Shown piece after piece: positions 1 to 10,100 of a DNA stretch of 64,000 nucleotides (position 1 is the first letter of the stretch; every line of letters starts with the position of its first letter). The translations under genes were made by a program, and so were the position numbers. The stretch comes from Candidatus Binataceae bacterium (GTDB lineage: Bacteria; Desulfobacterota; Binatia; Binatales; Binataceae), in contig DATKML010000029.1 of the NCBI GenBank assembly GCA_035541875.1, forward strand, positions 5,722 through 69,721. The letters are read 5' to 3'. The notes under the pieces are model-generated. The model did not search any database. It was not told the origin of the DNA and was given only the letters and a program-made list of their open reading frames with translations.

Positions 1-76
1 GGGTGCTGATCCAGATTGGATCAGGCTACCCGACGCTTGCGAAGGCTCCTGAGTGGTTTGAGAAGTGAGCGAGCTG

Positions 77-94
77 ATGTTTCACGTGAAACAT
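77..94. promoter_or_regulatory. Perfect 18-bp palindrome ATGTTTCACGTGAAACAT ~80 bp upstream of vapB, with an extra half-site CATTTCAC at 99-106; putative VapB autoregulatory operator
   Basis: Read directly: atgtttcac|gtgaaacat is its own reverse complement. Position upstream of a TA operon fits antitoxin autoregulation (established for VapBC/AbrB-type antitoxins). Confidence 0.4.
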
Positions 95-175
95 GAAGCA
101 TTTCACCTTTGACAGTGAGTCAGAGCCCGTAGCTGGTGAATGCCAATCGGAATACCATTTGGCAGAGTAAATGGC

Positions 176-397
176 ATGAAGCTCAAAATTGACAGAGCCG
201 GGAGAATCGTTGTGCCGAAGCCACTCCGCGAACGCCTTGGTTTGAAAGCGGGAGCTGAACTTGAGGTGGTCGACCGGCCGGAACGGATCTTGCTGCGGAT
301 GCCGGAGCGGCAGTCACCCATGACTCAGGTCAATGGTCTGTGGGTGCGTCGCGGACGACCCGAGCCGAACGCAGGTTGGGATCGAGTGATCGATTAA
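176..397 (+). CDS. vapB: AbrB/MazE/SpoVT-type antitoxin (VapB-like)
   Basis: MKLKIDRAGRIVVPKPLRERLGLKAGAELEV matches the swapped-hairpin AbrB fold motif (R-xVxPxxxR...GxxxGDxV). The ATG at 176 is preferred over the ORF-track start at 140. A PIN toxin gene lies 40 nt downstream. Confidence 0.7.
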   Translation: MKLKIDRAGRIVVPKPLRERLGLKAGAELEVVDRPERILLRMPERQSPMTQVNGLWVRRGRPEPNAGWDRVID

Positions 398-435
398 GTT
401 TGGGAAGAACGAATCGAAACGCTCCAGAAGCTTGA

Positions 436-872
436 GTGATGAAGGTTTTCTTCGATACCAGAGTAACCGTCGCGGCTTCGGAGCAGAGCCATCCCTATTA
501 CCAGCAAGCTCGACTAGCCCTGGATCGCGTCGCCGCAAGAAAAGATCGGGGTTATATAAGCGTCCACACGATCGCAGAAGTATACGCCGTGCTGATGCGC
601 TTACCGGTCCAACCCCGGATTCATCCAGCCGAGGCTGCCCAGATTCTCCAGACCAATATCCTGCCCTTTTTCGAAAGTGTGTCGATAATAAAGAAGACCT
701 ACGCTGAAGCTCTGCGGTTGGTTGTCGCTGGGGGAGCGGCGCGAAGATCTACGATGCGTTGCTGGTCGGTTGCGCTGCCCGCTGTGACGCAGAGCGCATC
801 TACACTTTCAATCTAAGCGATTTTCGGTCGTTGGCTCCGGAACTCGAAGAAAGAATCTGCGCCCCCTCTTAG
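436..872 (+). pseudogene. vapC: PIN-domain toxin VapC with a frame disruption (-1 equivalent) in a G5 homopolymer at 730-734
   Basis: N-terminus MMKVFFDTRV is PIN-like. Frame 1 ends as ...LRLVVAGG then nonsense (AARRSTMRC..) to a stop at 816. The alternate frame from ~735 reads SGAKIYDALLVGCAARCDAERIYTFNLSDFRSLAPELEERI, the canonical PIN C-terminus, to a stop at 870-872. One extra G in the ggggg run would restore a single ORF. This could be a homopolymer sequencing error or a genuine inactivation. Confidence 0.65.
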
Positions 873-2479
873 TGTGCGGCGGGGGCGGAACCGCCCGACT
901 GCGGCTTGCTGGAGCGGAAGAGCAGGAACGAGGGGATCATCACGACCGCCATCACGAGCAGCACGCGGTAGAGATCGTTGAAGGCGAGCATCGCGGCCTG
1001 TTGCTGGATCGCGCCGTAGACCATCCCGAGCTGCTGCTTCTGGCCGCTCACGATCTGTCCGAGGTAGTCGAAAGTAGGTGAGCCCGGCCGATAGGGCATC
1101 CGCTCAGAGACATGCCAGGCCTCGAAGGCCGAGAAGTGCTGCACGAGATAAGCCTGATGCACGTTCTGCTTATGCACGAGCTGGCTCGTGAGGTAGGCGA
1201 TGCCGACCGCGGCACCGTTGTTACGCATCATGTTGTAGAGGCTCGACGCGAAGCCGACGCGCTCGCGCGGCACGCAGCCCAGAGCAGCCGCTGCGAGAAT
1301 CGGGAAACACATCCCGAGGCCAAGACCCAGCACCACGCCGTCTGTAATTACGCGGGGCATCCCGATCGCTAGCGTCCAATGGGACATGCGATAGAGGCCG
1401 ATAGAAATCAGGACGAAAGCCAGCCCGACCATCCGCTTATTATCGATGCCACGAGCGGCGATCCGTCCTGTGATTAGCATCGAGAACATCGCGGCGATGC
1501 CGCGCGGTGCCATGATCAGACCGGCCTTCCACGCCGTGTAGCCCATGAATTCCTGCAGGAAGACCGGATTCAAAAGGCCGGTGCCGAAGAGGATAAAGCT
1601 CAGCATGACGACGGAGACAATCGCGGCGGCGAACTGGCGGATACCAAAGAAGTGCAGTTCAAGAATCGGTTCCGGTACGCGAAGTTCGCGATAGATCAGC
1701 AGGACCATCGAGAGCGCTGAAATGATCGATGCCCAAATCACCCAGGAGGAGGCGAACCAATCGGCGCGCTCGCCGCGATCGAAGACAATCTGCGCGAGTC
1801 CCAGCCATAGCACCAGGTAGACGATCCCGAGGTAATCGATGTGACCGCCCGTCTTGCGCTTGCTGATATGAGGCGGGTCGTGCACGAAAGCCGAGACCAT
1901 CAGGAAGGCGATCGTTCCAATCGGGATATTGATATAAAAATTCCAGCGCCAGTTCCAGTTGTCGGTTATCCACCCGCCGACGGTCGGGCCCAAAATCGGC
2001 GCGACCATCAGCCCCATCCCCCACATCGCCATAGCGAGTTGCTGCTCGTTCGGCGGGAAGGATTCCATCAGGATGGCCTGCGAGAGCGGAATCATCGCGG
2101 CGCCGGCGAAGCCTTGCAGCAGCCGAAAGACGACCATCTCGCCGAGCGAGGTCGCAGCTCCGCAGAGGGCCGAAGCGAACGAGAAGATCGCCACGGACAG
2201 GAGGAAGTAACGCTTGCGGCCGAAGCGCGACGAGATCCATCCGGTCATCGGGATCATCACACCGTTGGCGACCAGATAGCTGGTGAGCACCCAAGCTATC
2301 TCGTCGACGCTCGCTGAGAAGCTGCCCTGCATGTGTGGCAAGGAAACGTTGATAATCGAAACGTCGAGGACTTCGAGCGTCGCCCCGATCATCACGGCGA
2401 GTGCGACGAGCCACTTGTGCGGCGGATACACAGCAGCGGTGGGGTGTGGTGCAGCTTTGGTATCGAGAGCCGCAGCCAT
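869..2479 (-). CDS. MFS transporter, DHA2 (EmrB/QacA) family drug efflux pump, 14-TMS type
   Basis: 536 aa; VMIGATLEVLDVSIINVSLPHMQGSF...GRKRYFLLSVAIFSFASALCGAATSLGEMVVFRLLQGFAGAAMIPLSQAIL are typical EmrB motifs. Overlaps the upstream tetR stop by 1-2 nt (operon). Confidence 0.9.
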   Translation of the reverse strand: MAAALDTKAAPHPTAAVYPPHKWLVALAVMIGATLEVLDVSIINVSLPHMQGSFSASVDEIAWVLTSYLVANGVMIPMTGWISSRFGRKRYFLLSVAIFSFASALCGAATSLGEMVVFRLLQGFAGAAMIPLSQAILMESFPPNEQQLAMAMWGMGLMVAPILGPTVGGWITDNWNWRWNFYINIPIGTIAFLMVSAFVHDPPHISKRKTGGHIDYLGIVYLVLWLGLAQIVFDRGERADWFASSWVIWASIISALSMVLLIYRELRVPEPILELHFFGIRQFAAAIVSVVMLSFILFGTGLLNPVFLQEFMGYTAWKAGLIMAPRGIAAMFSMLITGRIAARGIDNKRMVGLAFVLISIGLYRMSHWTLAIGMPRVITDGVVLGLGLGMCFPILAAAALGCVPRERVGFASSLYNMMRNNGAAVGIAYLTSQLVHKQNVHQAYLVQHFSAFEAWHVSERMPYRPGSPTFDYLGQIVSGQKQQLGMVYGAIQQQAAMLAFNDLYRVLLVMAVVMIPSFLLFRSSKPQSGGSAPAAH

Positions 2480-2480
2480 C

Positions 2481-3155
2481 TCAGTCGACCCTCACCGAGG
2501 TCAGATGCTCAACTTTGCCGTTGGTCTTGACCCGCTTACCCCGCGAGGAGGAGGCAGTCGCCGTTTTCCCGTCGGCAAGCCGGTCGCCGAGCCATCGCAG
2601 GAATTGCAGTCGCTTGCGGCGAAAGCTGGGGTCGGTCGGATCGAGTCCGGTAGCGAGGCGCGTCATTTGTGGAAACGCCAGCGGGAAGAGGGTCAGGGAG
2701 ATTATCGAGAGATGGAGTTGAGCAATATCGAGTTCAGGCGGCAGCGTGCCGGCCGTCTGGGCGCGGCGGAGCCGACCGAACGCGCGCTTCAAATATTCCC
2801 GTCGTTCGTTTTCACCGACCAGCTTGCTGGAGTTCGTACTGAGGGCTTCCCATTCGAGCAGGCGCACCCAATCGAGGTCGCTTGCGCCGGCTTCGTACCA
2901 ATGGAGAATCGCGCCGGCGAGGTCTTCCGGTGCCGATTCGAAGAAATCCGCGCGTGCCGTGAACTTACGCCGCAGAATCTCGCGATAGAGATTCTCCTTG
3001 GAGCCGAAGCAGTAGAAGATCATGCGCTGATTCACGCGAGCGCGGCGTGCGATAGTGGCACATCGCGCACCGGCAAGGCCGTGCGCAGCAAACTCGGCTA
3101 GAGCTGCTTCGAGGAGTCGTTCACGAGTACGAGCAAGATCGCGAAGCTGGGCCAT
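2481..3155 (-). CDS. TetR/AcrR family transcriptional regulator
   Basis: N-terminal HTH RERLLEAALAEFAAHGLAGARCATIARRARVNQRMIFYCFGSKENLY; translationally coupled to the MFS pump downstream. Confidence 0.85.
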   Translation of the reverse strand: MAQLRDLARTRERLLEAALAEFAAHGLAGARCATIARRARVNQRMIFYCFGSKENLYREILRRKFTARADFFESAPEDLAGAILHWYEAGASDLDWVRLLEWEALSTNSSKLVGENERREYLKRAFGRLRRAQTAGTLPPELDIAQLHLSIISLTLFPLAFPQMTRLATGLDPTDPSFRRKRLQFLRWLGDRLADGKTATASSSRGKRVKTNGKVEHLTSVRVD

Positions 3156-3209
3156 CGGAACCTAACACCCCGGGCCGGCGTGGCCGCGGCTCGCGGACGC
3201 GCCCGCTCC

Positions 3210-3290
3210 CTGTCTCTGAAGGGAAGGGTTAAGAGACAGAAGTATTAACTGTCCACTTAATACTATTCAGTGGATGGTTAATACAAGGGC
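3210..3290. promoter_or_regulatory. Putative operator/promoter region of the tetR-MFS operon: inverted repeat CTGTCTCT-N14-AGAGACAG (3210-3239), nested palindromes AGTATTAA/TTAATACT (3241-3265) and three TTAATAC copies
   Basis: Read directly from sequence, 55-135 bp upstream of the tetR start; TetR-family repressors bind palindromic operators in their own promoters. Confidence 0.35.
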
Positions 3291-3311
3291 ACGAAAGGAC
3301 CCTCACCCTAG

Positions 3312-3333
3312 CCCTCTCCCATCGGGGAGAGGG
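3312..3333. terminator. Hairpin CCCTCTCCC-atcg-GGGAGAGGG downstream of the hydrolase gene; no clear U-tract
   Basis: Perfect 9-bp stem immediately 3' of the 3354..5096 gene on the minus strand. Confidence 0.3.
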
Positions 3334-3353
3334 GTCCAGAGGAGGAGATGCCG

Positions 3354-5096
3354 TTAACGTCTTGCCGGGATTACCGGTAGCGTCAGATAGGACGCATTGG
3401 CGCGGTTGTGCAGAATCGTCTGAATCGCGGGCTGCGTCTCGGCGTCGGCGAAGAGATCGTGCCCCGTGTTGGGATTCCGATCGAAGCGCGGGAAGTTGCT
3501 CGAACTTACCTCGAGCCGAATACGATCACCCTTCTTGAAGAGAATCGAGGTCGACCACATATCGATCGTGTATTCGTAAACCTTCCCCGGCATTATCAGC
3601 TTGGGATCTGATTTCGATTCGCGCACGCGCGCCCGGATGATGCCGTCGGTGAGATTCATCGCAGAGCATCCGCATGGGCCGACGCTGACCAGCTTGGCTG
3701 TAAAGTCGGTGTCGGGCGCTGACGATGACGCAGAGAGAGTGAGCGAGACTGGTCCGGTGATTTCCGTATCCTCGGCCAGCGGCTCGGTCGTGTAGACGAG
3801 CACATCCTCGCGCTGCTCCAGCGCCGTTTGATCGAACGCACCGCCCGGCACTGCATTGTGATAGCAGCAGAGACCGCCGCCGTTGGTCGGTACCGGATTT
3901 AATGGATTGTAGAGAAAACAATCTGATGGTTCGTTGCCGGGTTGATCCGTCGAGAGCGCACCGTCACCGTTGAGGCTATTGGCGCGGCCGCGGCTATGCA
4001 GATAGTAGCGGCGGAAATCGGTGCCGGGCAGCGGCCAATCCTTCTCTTCACGCCAGCTGTTCGCGCCGATGGTGTAGATACTTACCGGGCCTTCGTTATC
4101 GGCACCGTTGTTGATCCCCTTCAGCCAGTGGTCGAAGAAGTTGAGCTGCTGGCCGTCGAAATCAATCGAGACGAAGCTAGCGCGGAAGCCCATATCGGCC
4201 TGACCGATAAGTCCCGTAAGCGGCAGATTGTGATACCACGGCCCCATCACGAGACGTGCCTTGCGACCGTTGCCCGGCGCCTTCGACCGCATCCCCATGT
4301 AGTTGCGAACTGTGCCGCCCGCGAAGATGTCGTACCATCCGCCGAAATTGAGCGTCGGCACACTGATCTTGTCGTAGTACTCCTCGATGCAAAGTTTCTT
4401 CCAGTAGCTGTCGTAGTACGGATGTTCGAGCCAGTCGTAGAAGTAGGGCGCGCCGGTGCGGAAGAGCGGAAAGTCCTTGAGCGGCAGATGCTTCACGATC
4501 TCGCGCATCGTATCGATATTGCTCATCGTGAGCGCCAGCTCTTTGCCTGCGGCCTCGCTGTCCTCGCGCTCGCGGATCAGGCGGGCGAGCGAAAGGTTCG
4601 TCATCAGCCAACTGACGTTGAAGAAGAGCGAGAACGCGCCACCCTGATAGGTCCAGTTGTCATGATAGTTGCTGGCCGTGATCGAAGGCACCATCGCCTT
4701 GAGCGAGGGGGGGGTCTGAGTCGCTGCGAGCCATTGCGTCGCGCCCATATACGATGCGCCGAACATCCCGACCTTGCCGTCAGCGAAGGGCTGCTTCGCG
4801 AGATGCTCGACCGTGTCGTAGCCGTCCAGCGGATCATCGGTGAAGCAGTTGAAGACTCCCGGCGAGGCATAGCGGCCGCGCGAATCGACGAAGATGACGT
4901 TATAGCCGCGCTGCGCCGCGCGTATCGGATCGAGGGTGTTGTACGAAATCTGCGGGAATTTCTTGTCGTAAGGCGTGCGATTCAGCAGCACCGGCAGCTT
5001 TTCAGGCGTGTCGGGCCGAAACAGATCGCCCTTTAGTAGGCATCCATCGCGCATCGGAATTTCGATATCGCGCTCGAAAATTACTTTCGCTCCCAT
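3354..5096 (-). CDS. CocE/NonD family alpha/beta hydrolase (X-Pro dipeptidyl-peptidase S15-like)
   Basis: 580 aa; N-terminus MRDGCLLKGDLFRPDTPEKLPVLLNRTPYDKK...GYNVIFVDSRGRYASPG...FGASYMGATQW is the CocE/NonD hydrolase signature, with a C-terminal beta-sandwich. Confidence 0.85.
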   Translation of the reverse strand: MGAKVIFERDIEIPMRDGCLLKGDLFRPDTPEKLPVLLNRTPYDKKFPQISYNTLDPIRAAQRGYNVIFVDSRGRYASPGVFNCFTDDPLDGYDTVEHLAKQPFADGKVGMFGASYMGATQWLAATQTPPSLKAMVPSITASNYHDNWTYQGGAFSLFFNVSWLMTNLSLARLIREREDSEAAGKELALTMSNIDTMREIVKHLPLKDFPLFRTGAPYFYDWLEHPYYDSYWKKLCIEEYYDKISVPTLNFGGWYDIFAGGTVRNYMGMRSKAPGNGRKARLVMGPWYHNLPLTGLIGQADMGFRASFVSIDFDGQQLNFFDHWLKGINNGADNEGPVSIYTIGANSWREEKDWPLPGTDFRRYYLHSRGRANSLNGDGALSTDQPGNEPSDCFLYNPLNPVPTNGGGLCCYHNAVPGGAFDQTALEQREDVLVYTTEPLAEDTEITGPVSLTLSASSSAPDTDFTAKLVSVGPCGCSAMNLTDGIIRARVRESKSDPKLIMPGKVYEYTIDMWSTSILFKKGDRIRLEVSSSNFPRFDRNPNTGHDLFADAETQPAIQTILHNRANASYLTLPVIPARR

Positions 5097-5277
5097 CAGC
5101 AGGTCCTCCAGTTACGCCGGATATTTCGATGCTTGTAACGCGGGCAGGTACGATGGAGCAAGGGAACCGAAACCCTGGAGTGGGTCGCGCGGGAGAGGTA
5201 GGCCGAGTTGGAGTCGGTTGGCAACGCCGCGCCGCCGATTCTATGATGACGTAAAGTTCAAGCAGGAGTTCCCAACG

Positions 5278-6210
5278 ATGCCAGTTGATGCTGAAATCGC
5301 CGCGTTCCTCAAACAGGCTGCCGATTCGGGTGCGCCACCGCTCGAGAGTTTGCCGGTGCCGCAAGCCCGCGAGTTCATCCGCTCGCTGTTCGCGCCTCCG
5401 GGAGCTGCACGAACCGAGGTGAAGAGGGTCGAAGACCGCAAGATTGATGTGAACGGCACCTCGTTGCCGATCCGCATTTACACGCCGGCAGGGGAGGGAC
5501 CGCTTCCAGTCCTTGTTTACCTGCATGGCGGCGGATGGGTTATCGGCGACGTCGAGGGTTACGATCCCGTATGCCGCGATCTCTGCAAAGGCGCAGGAGT
5601 GGTTGTCGTGTCGGTCGATTATCGGCTCGCTCCGGAGCACAAATTCCCGACTCCGGTCGAAGATTGCTACGCCGCGACCAAGTGGGTCGCAGCGAACGCT
5701 GCATTGATCGGTGGCGACTCGACTCGCGTGGCGGTCGGTGGCGATAGCGCGGGTGGTAATCTCAGCGCGGCTGTCGCGCTGATGGCGCGTGATCGTGGCG
5801 GCCCGTCCTTGAAGTTCCAACTGCTCGTCTATCCCGTGACCGATCACAACCTCAATACCGGTTCCTATCGGGCCAACGGCGAAGGCTATCTGCTGACGAA
5901 GGCCGGGATGGATTGGTTCTGGAATCACTACATCGGCAAGCCGGGCGACGATGCCAACCCGTATATGTCACCGCTCCGTGCCGCGAATCTGAGCAATCTG
6001 CCGCCTGCGCTCGTGATTACAGCGGAGTTTGATCCGCTCCGGGACGAGGGTGCTGCCTATGCTGAAAAGCTCAAAGGAGCGGGCAACAAGATCACCTATA
6101 CTGATTACAAGGGTGCGATCCACGGCTTCTTCAGCCTCGGTTATATGTTCAAGCTCGGCCGCGACGTGATGGCGGAGGCCTGCGCTGCGCTTCGCACTGC
6201 GCTGAAGTAA
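5278..6210 (+). CDS. Alpha/beta hydrolase fold-3 esterase/lipase (HSL family)
   Basis: HGGGW oxyanion motif (VYLHGGGWVIGD) and GDSAGG nucleophile elbow. The true start is the ATG at 5278; the 4975 ORF-track start is an artefactual extension overlapping the upstream gene. Confidence 0.85.
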   Translation: MPVDAEIAAFLKQAADSGAPPLESLPVPQAREFIRSLFAPPGAARTEVKRVEDRKIDVNGTSLPIRIYTPAGEGPLPVLVYLHGGGWVIGDVEGYDPVCRDLCKGAGVVVVSVDYRLAPEHKFPTPVEDCYAATKWVAANAALIGGDSTRVAVGGDSAGGNLSAAVALMARDRGGPSLKFQLLVYPVTDHNLNTGSYRANGEGYLLTKAGMDWFWNHYIGKPGDDANPYMSPLRAANLSNLPPALVITAEFDPLRDEGAAYAEKLKGAGNKITYTDYKGAIHGFFSLGYMFKLGRDVMAEACAALRTALK

Positions 6211-6220
6211 GCACGTGCCC

Positions 6221-7075
6221 ATGAACCATCCGATCCGTTTCGGGGTGCAGACCCCGCAACAGCATACGACCTGGCCCGAGATTCTCTCGCTGTGGCAGGA
6301 GATCGATACGCTTGGCTATGACACCGCCTGGGTATTTGATCACTTCCTGCCGATCTTCTCGGATCCGACGGGACCTTGTCTCGAAGCCTGGACGGCGCTG
6401 AGCGCGCTGTCGATGGCGACCAAGCGGGTCCGCCTCGGCGTGATGGTTACCGGCAATACCTATCGCTCACCGGCGGTGCTAGCGAAGATGGCCACCACGG
6501 TCGATATCGTGAGCGGCGGTCGGCTGATCCTCGGCATCGGCGCCGGATGGTTCGAGCAGGAGCATCGCGAATACGGCATCCCGTTCCACACCGTCGGTGG
6601 GCGCCTGCGACGGCTCGATGAGTCAGTGCAGATGATCAAGCAGCTCTGGACCGAGGAGCGCGCGAGCTTCAAGGGTCGCTACTATGAATTGCGTGAGGCG
6701 AACTTCAAGCCCAAGCCGATCCAGCAGCCATATCCGCCGATTCTGATCGGCGCGACCGGCGAAAATATGGCGCTCGGCATCGTCGCCAAGCACGCGCAGA
6801 TCTGGAATTCCTTCGGTACGCCCGATGTGTTCCGCCACAAGATCGCGCGGCTGACTGATCACTGTGAGCGGATCGGTCGCGATCCAGCATCGATTGAAAA
6901 GTCGGTACTAGTGACAGGCGGGTTTGCGATCAATGAGGCGCGTAAGCAGATTGACGAGTACATATCGGCCGGCGTGACACATCTGATCTTCTCGCTCAAT
7001 CCATCGAACGCCGAGCATCGGATGTTCGTGTCTCGCTTCGCAGCGGAAGTAATACCTCAGTTCAAAGCGATCTGA
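6221..7075 (+). CDS. LLM-class (luciferase-like) F420/flavin-dependent oxidoreductase
   Basis: RFGVQTPQQ...DTAWVFDHF...GGRLILGIGAGWFEQEH pattern typical of LLM class F420-dependent oxidoreductases. Confidence 0.8.
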   Translation: MNHPIRFGVQTPQQHTTWPEILSLWQEIDTLGYDTAWVFDHFLPIFSDPTGPCLEAWTALSALSMATKRVRLGVMVTGNTYRSPAVLAKMATTVDIVSGGRLILGIGAGWFEQEHREYGIPFHTVGGRLRRLDESVQMIKQLWTEERASFKGRYYELREANFKPKPIQQPYPPILIGATGENMALGIVAKHAQIWNSFGTPDVFRHKIARLTDHCERIGRDPASIEKSVLVTGGFAINEARKQIDEYISAGVTHLIFSLNPSNAEHRMFVSRFAAEVIPQFKAI

Positions 7076-7082
7076 AACGATG

Positions 7083-7119
7083 AAATTCCCTCCCCTGCCT
7101 TTTGGGGGGGAGGGGATTT
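7083..7119. terminator. Bidirectional intrinsic terminator between convergent genes (AATTCCCTCCCC-tgcctttt-GGGGGGGAGGGGATTT)
   Basis: GC-rich stem with flanking T/A runs, sited between the stop of the + gene (7075) and the stop of the - gene (7129). Confidence 0.6.
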
Positions 7120-7128
7120 CCGTTCGAG

Positions 7129-10100
7129 CTATTTGTCGGAACCTTTCAGCACAGTCTGCGCATTACCGGCAAGGGAATGCCCGTAAGCATAGTTGTATTG
7201 GAGAGTTTCCGGCGGCACCGCGCCCGGCGACGCATTTGCTTGTGGTGCAAATTCAACTTGTACCGTGCACTTTTTGACCGGAGGTGAAGCCTTCGGGTCG
7301 AGGATCGAGCCCGAGCAAAGGTCAGTGCCCGATACTATTGCGAAGTTTCCTGCACTAAACGCTTTGCCGGTGATCGTGACACTGACAGGTGAGTTGTTGG
7401 TTATCGTCAGCGTTTTCGGAGCGCTTCGATTACCCCGTGCGGTTAGCGGAAAACTCGATACTTTTGGCGCTGCGAGTGTTACCGGAATCGGAATTCCAGA
7501 CAGCGTCATGTTAGTGATGCCACCGTCATGCGGCACCGTCAGCGTCCTGGTTTCGAGTACTCCGGTCGGTGTCGTCGGCGTATAGGCCAGGCCGAAGCTG
7601 CACTTCTTCTTCGGTGCCAGTGTCACTCCCGAACAGAGGTTGTTGCTAATAGTGAAGTCCGATGAAAGGGCGGCCGCCGGCGGAACGATCAACCCAATCG
7701 TGGAGTTCGCTTTGCTCGCGTTGACAATCGTTACCTTGTGAACCTTGCTTGACGCGCTCGCGTAGACCTTGCCGAAGTTAAGTTTTGCCGGAGTGATCTT
7801 CAGATTGGCTAGGACCGTCGGCGTTGGCGACGGAGTTGGCGTTGCTGTCGCCGTCGCGGTGGCCGTCGGTGTCATCGTTGCTCCCGCGGTGGGAGTGGCC
7901 GTTTTGGTCGCGGTCGCTGTGGCGGTTCGCGTCGGCGTAGCGGTCGCAGTTCGAGTCGGGGTCGCTGTCGCAGTTCGAGTCGCTGTGGCCGTGGGAGTTG
8001 CTCCACTAGTTGATGTCGCAGTCGCTGTCGGAGTGTCCGTTGCCGTAGCGCTGCCGGAGGGCGTTGCGGTTGCAGTTACAGTCGCCGTGGCTGTGGGTGT
8101 CGCTGTTGCGGTAGCCGTTGCAGTTCGTGTCGCGGTAGCCGTGGCAGTCGCGGTAGCAGTCGCCGTAGGTGTGGGCGTCAATGTCGCAGTCGGCGTGGGC
8201 GTCGGAGTTGGGGGGGCCACTGCAAAGTGGTTGGCCACCTGGATGGAGCTGAGCGCATACGAGTAGACCGCCGCCTCGCTCACGCTTCCACTGAAAGCGG
8301 CGCTCGAGGGCGAGTTGGGCCATGCGGCCATGGTGCCGTACCCGACACGCCAGTAGCCAGCATAGTTAGACGGAATCGAATCGGTATGCGAAGCGATCTG
8401 AGCCCCATCAACATACAGATAGATATGGGTGCCGTCCCAGACGCCTACAGCATAATGCCAGTTGCCGTCGTTGTAAGCACTCGGAGAGAGAAGACCAAAG
8501 GTCGAGCTTCCACTGTTACCAAAAACGATATTACCCGCATTGGTCATGTAGAGCATCCGGTCGTAATTCGAGGTTCCGAGGCCGGTTTGCGCTTGCTGGA
8601 AGCCGATCAGTTTGCCGCCGCTGGCATAGCCATTAGCGGTTTTGAACCAAATTTCGATCGAGTACGGTGTGGGATTGGCGTATTGCATCGAGCTCGAAAC
8701 ATAGCCAGTCGAGCCGTCGAGCAGCACCGCTGTATCGCCGGTCTTTGCTGCGCCGGCAGCTCCGTAGGTTATTCCGCCGTTGAAACTCCCAAGGTCGAGC
8801 GGCCTTTGATATGTGCCCGTGTTCGAGCCCGTAGAATCGAAAGCGACGGTGCTGTTCGCTTCGTTGAGTTTCCAGTAGTAGCTCGGGGCATCAGCGAGAA
8901 CCGTAGCATCGTAGGATCCGCCAGCGGCTGCACTGAAGTGCGCCGCGACCCGACTCGAACTTAGGGCGGCTCCATAAACGGCCGCTTCACCGAGGCTGCC
9001 GGCGAAATAGGGGCTGGTAGGCCCGTTCGGCCAAAAATTGGTCTGACCGTAACCCAAGCGCCAATAGCCGCTGTAATTGACCGGCGCTGAATCGCTCAAC
9101 GATGCGACCTGCGTGCCGTCGATATACAGATGAGAGGCCGTTCCATCAAAGGCGCCTACAGCATGATGCCAGTTGCCGTCGTTGTAGCTGCTGGGCGAAG
9201 TAATTCCTGCGGTGGTTGTGCCGCTGTTGCCGAAGATGATCTTGCCGGCGTTGGTCATGTAGATCATACGGTCATAGCCCGCAGTGCCGAGTCCGGTCTG
9301 ATCTTGCTGGAAGCCGATCAGTTTGCCGCCCAGGCCGTAGCCGCTGGCTGTCTTGAACCAAACTTCTAGAGAGTAGCCGGCGGACCCGGGGTTGGTCAGT
9401 TGAATTGAGGTACTGACGTAGCCGTTGTTACCGTCGAGAGTTATCGCCGTATCGGGCGAAGTAGGCCCGGTTACGCCAAGCAGAACCTTCGGCGCCGAAT
9501 CTTGCGCAGTCGATCCACTCGATTCGTTGAGGCGCCAGTACACATCCGGTGAATCACTCATGACCAAACGGGCGTAGGCGTTCGGTGTAGCCGTAGGCGC
9601 TGCCGCCGTGGGTGTCACTGTTGGGGTAGCGGTCGCGGTGCGCGTCGGTGTGCCGGTCGGCGTGGTGGTGGCGGTCGCTGTTACAGTTGGCACTAGCGTA
9701 GGTGTCGCTGTAGCCGTGATCGTGGGCGTAGCGGTCCGCGTGGATGTGCTGGTCGCGGTAGCAGTGGCTGTCGTCGTGGGAGTCGGTGTTCCAGTCGCAG
9801 TTGAAGTGGCAGTAGCCGAGGCCGTCGCTGTTGGTGTGATCGTCGCAGTTGCGGTAGCGGTTCGTGTCGCGGTCCCGGTCGCTGTGGGCGTGACCGTACT
9901 AGTGGCTGTTGCAGTTGAAGTGCTGGTCGCAGTTGAAGTGGCAGTAGTAGTCACTGTCGGCATGATGGTCGCGGTGGCGGTGGCGGTTCGCGTCGCGGTA
10001 GCGGTCGCAGTTGCTGTTCTCGTTGCTGTCGCCGTTGCGGTAGGTGTTGGTGTCGTTGTAGGTACGGCTGTTGCGGTGACCGTAGCCGTCGCCGTCGGAG

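Noticed and set aside
1659-2414. Several 80-250 aa ORFs on both strands inside the MFS transporter gene
   Set aside because: Nested within a full-length transporter with 14 predicted TM segments; spurious frames.
4975-5277. N-terminal 100-aa extension of the esterase ORF overlapping the upstream hydrolase gene
   Set aside because: The conserved esterase begins at MPVDAEIAAF (ATG 5278); the extension is Ser/Arg-rich and overlaps a real convergent gene.
7769-8266. Plus-strand ORFs 7769..8266, 9608..10234 and 15074..15637 translating to poly Val-Ala-Val (VAVAVAV...)
   Set aside because: They are the antisense reading of the Thr/Ala/Pro linker repeats inside well-supported minus-strand genes; low-complexity artefacts.
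8227-9369. Plus-strand ORFs 8227..8964 and 9130..9369
   Set aside because: Antisense to the LamG-like domain region of the giant protein; no domain signal, Arg-rich composition typical of GC-rich antisense frames.
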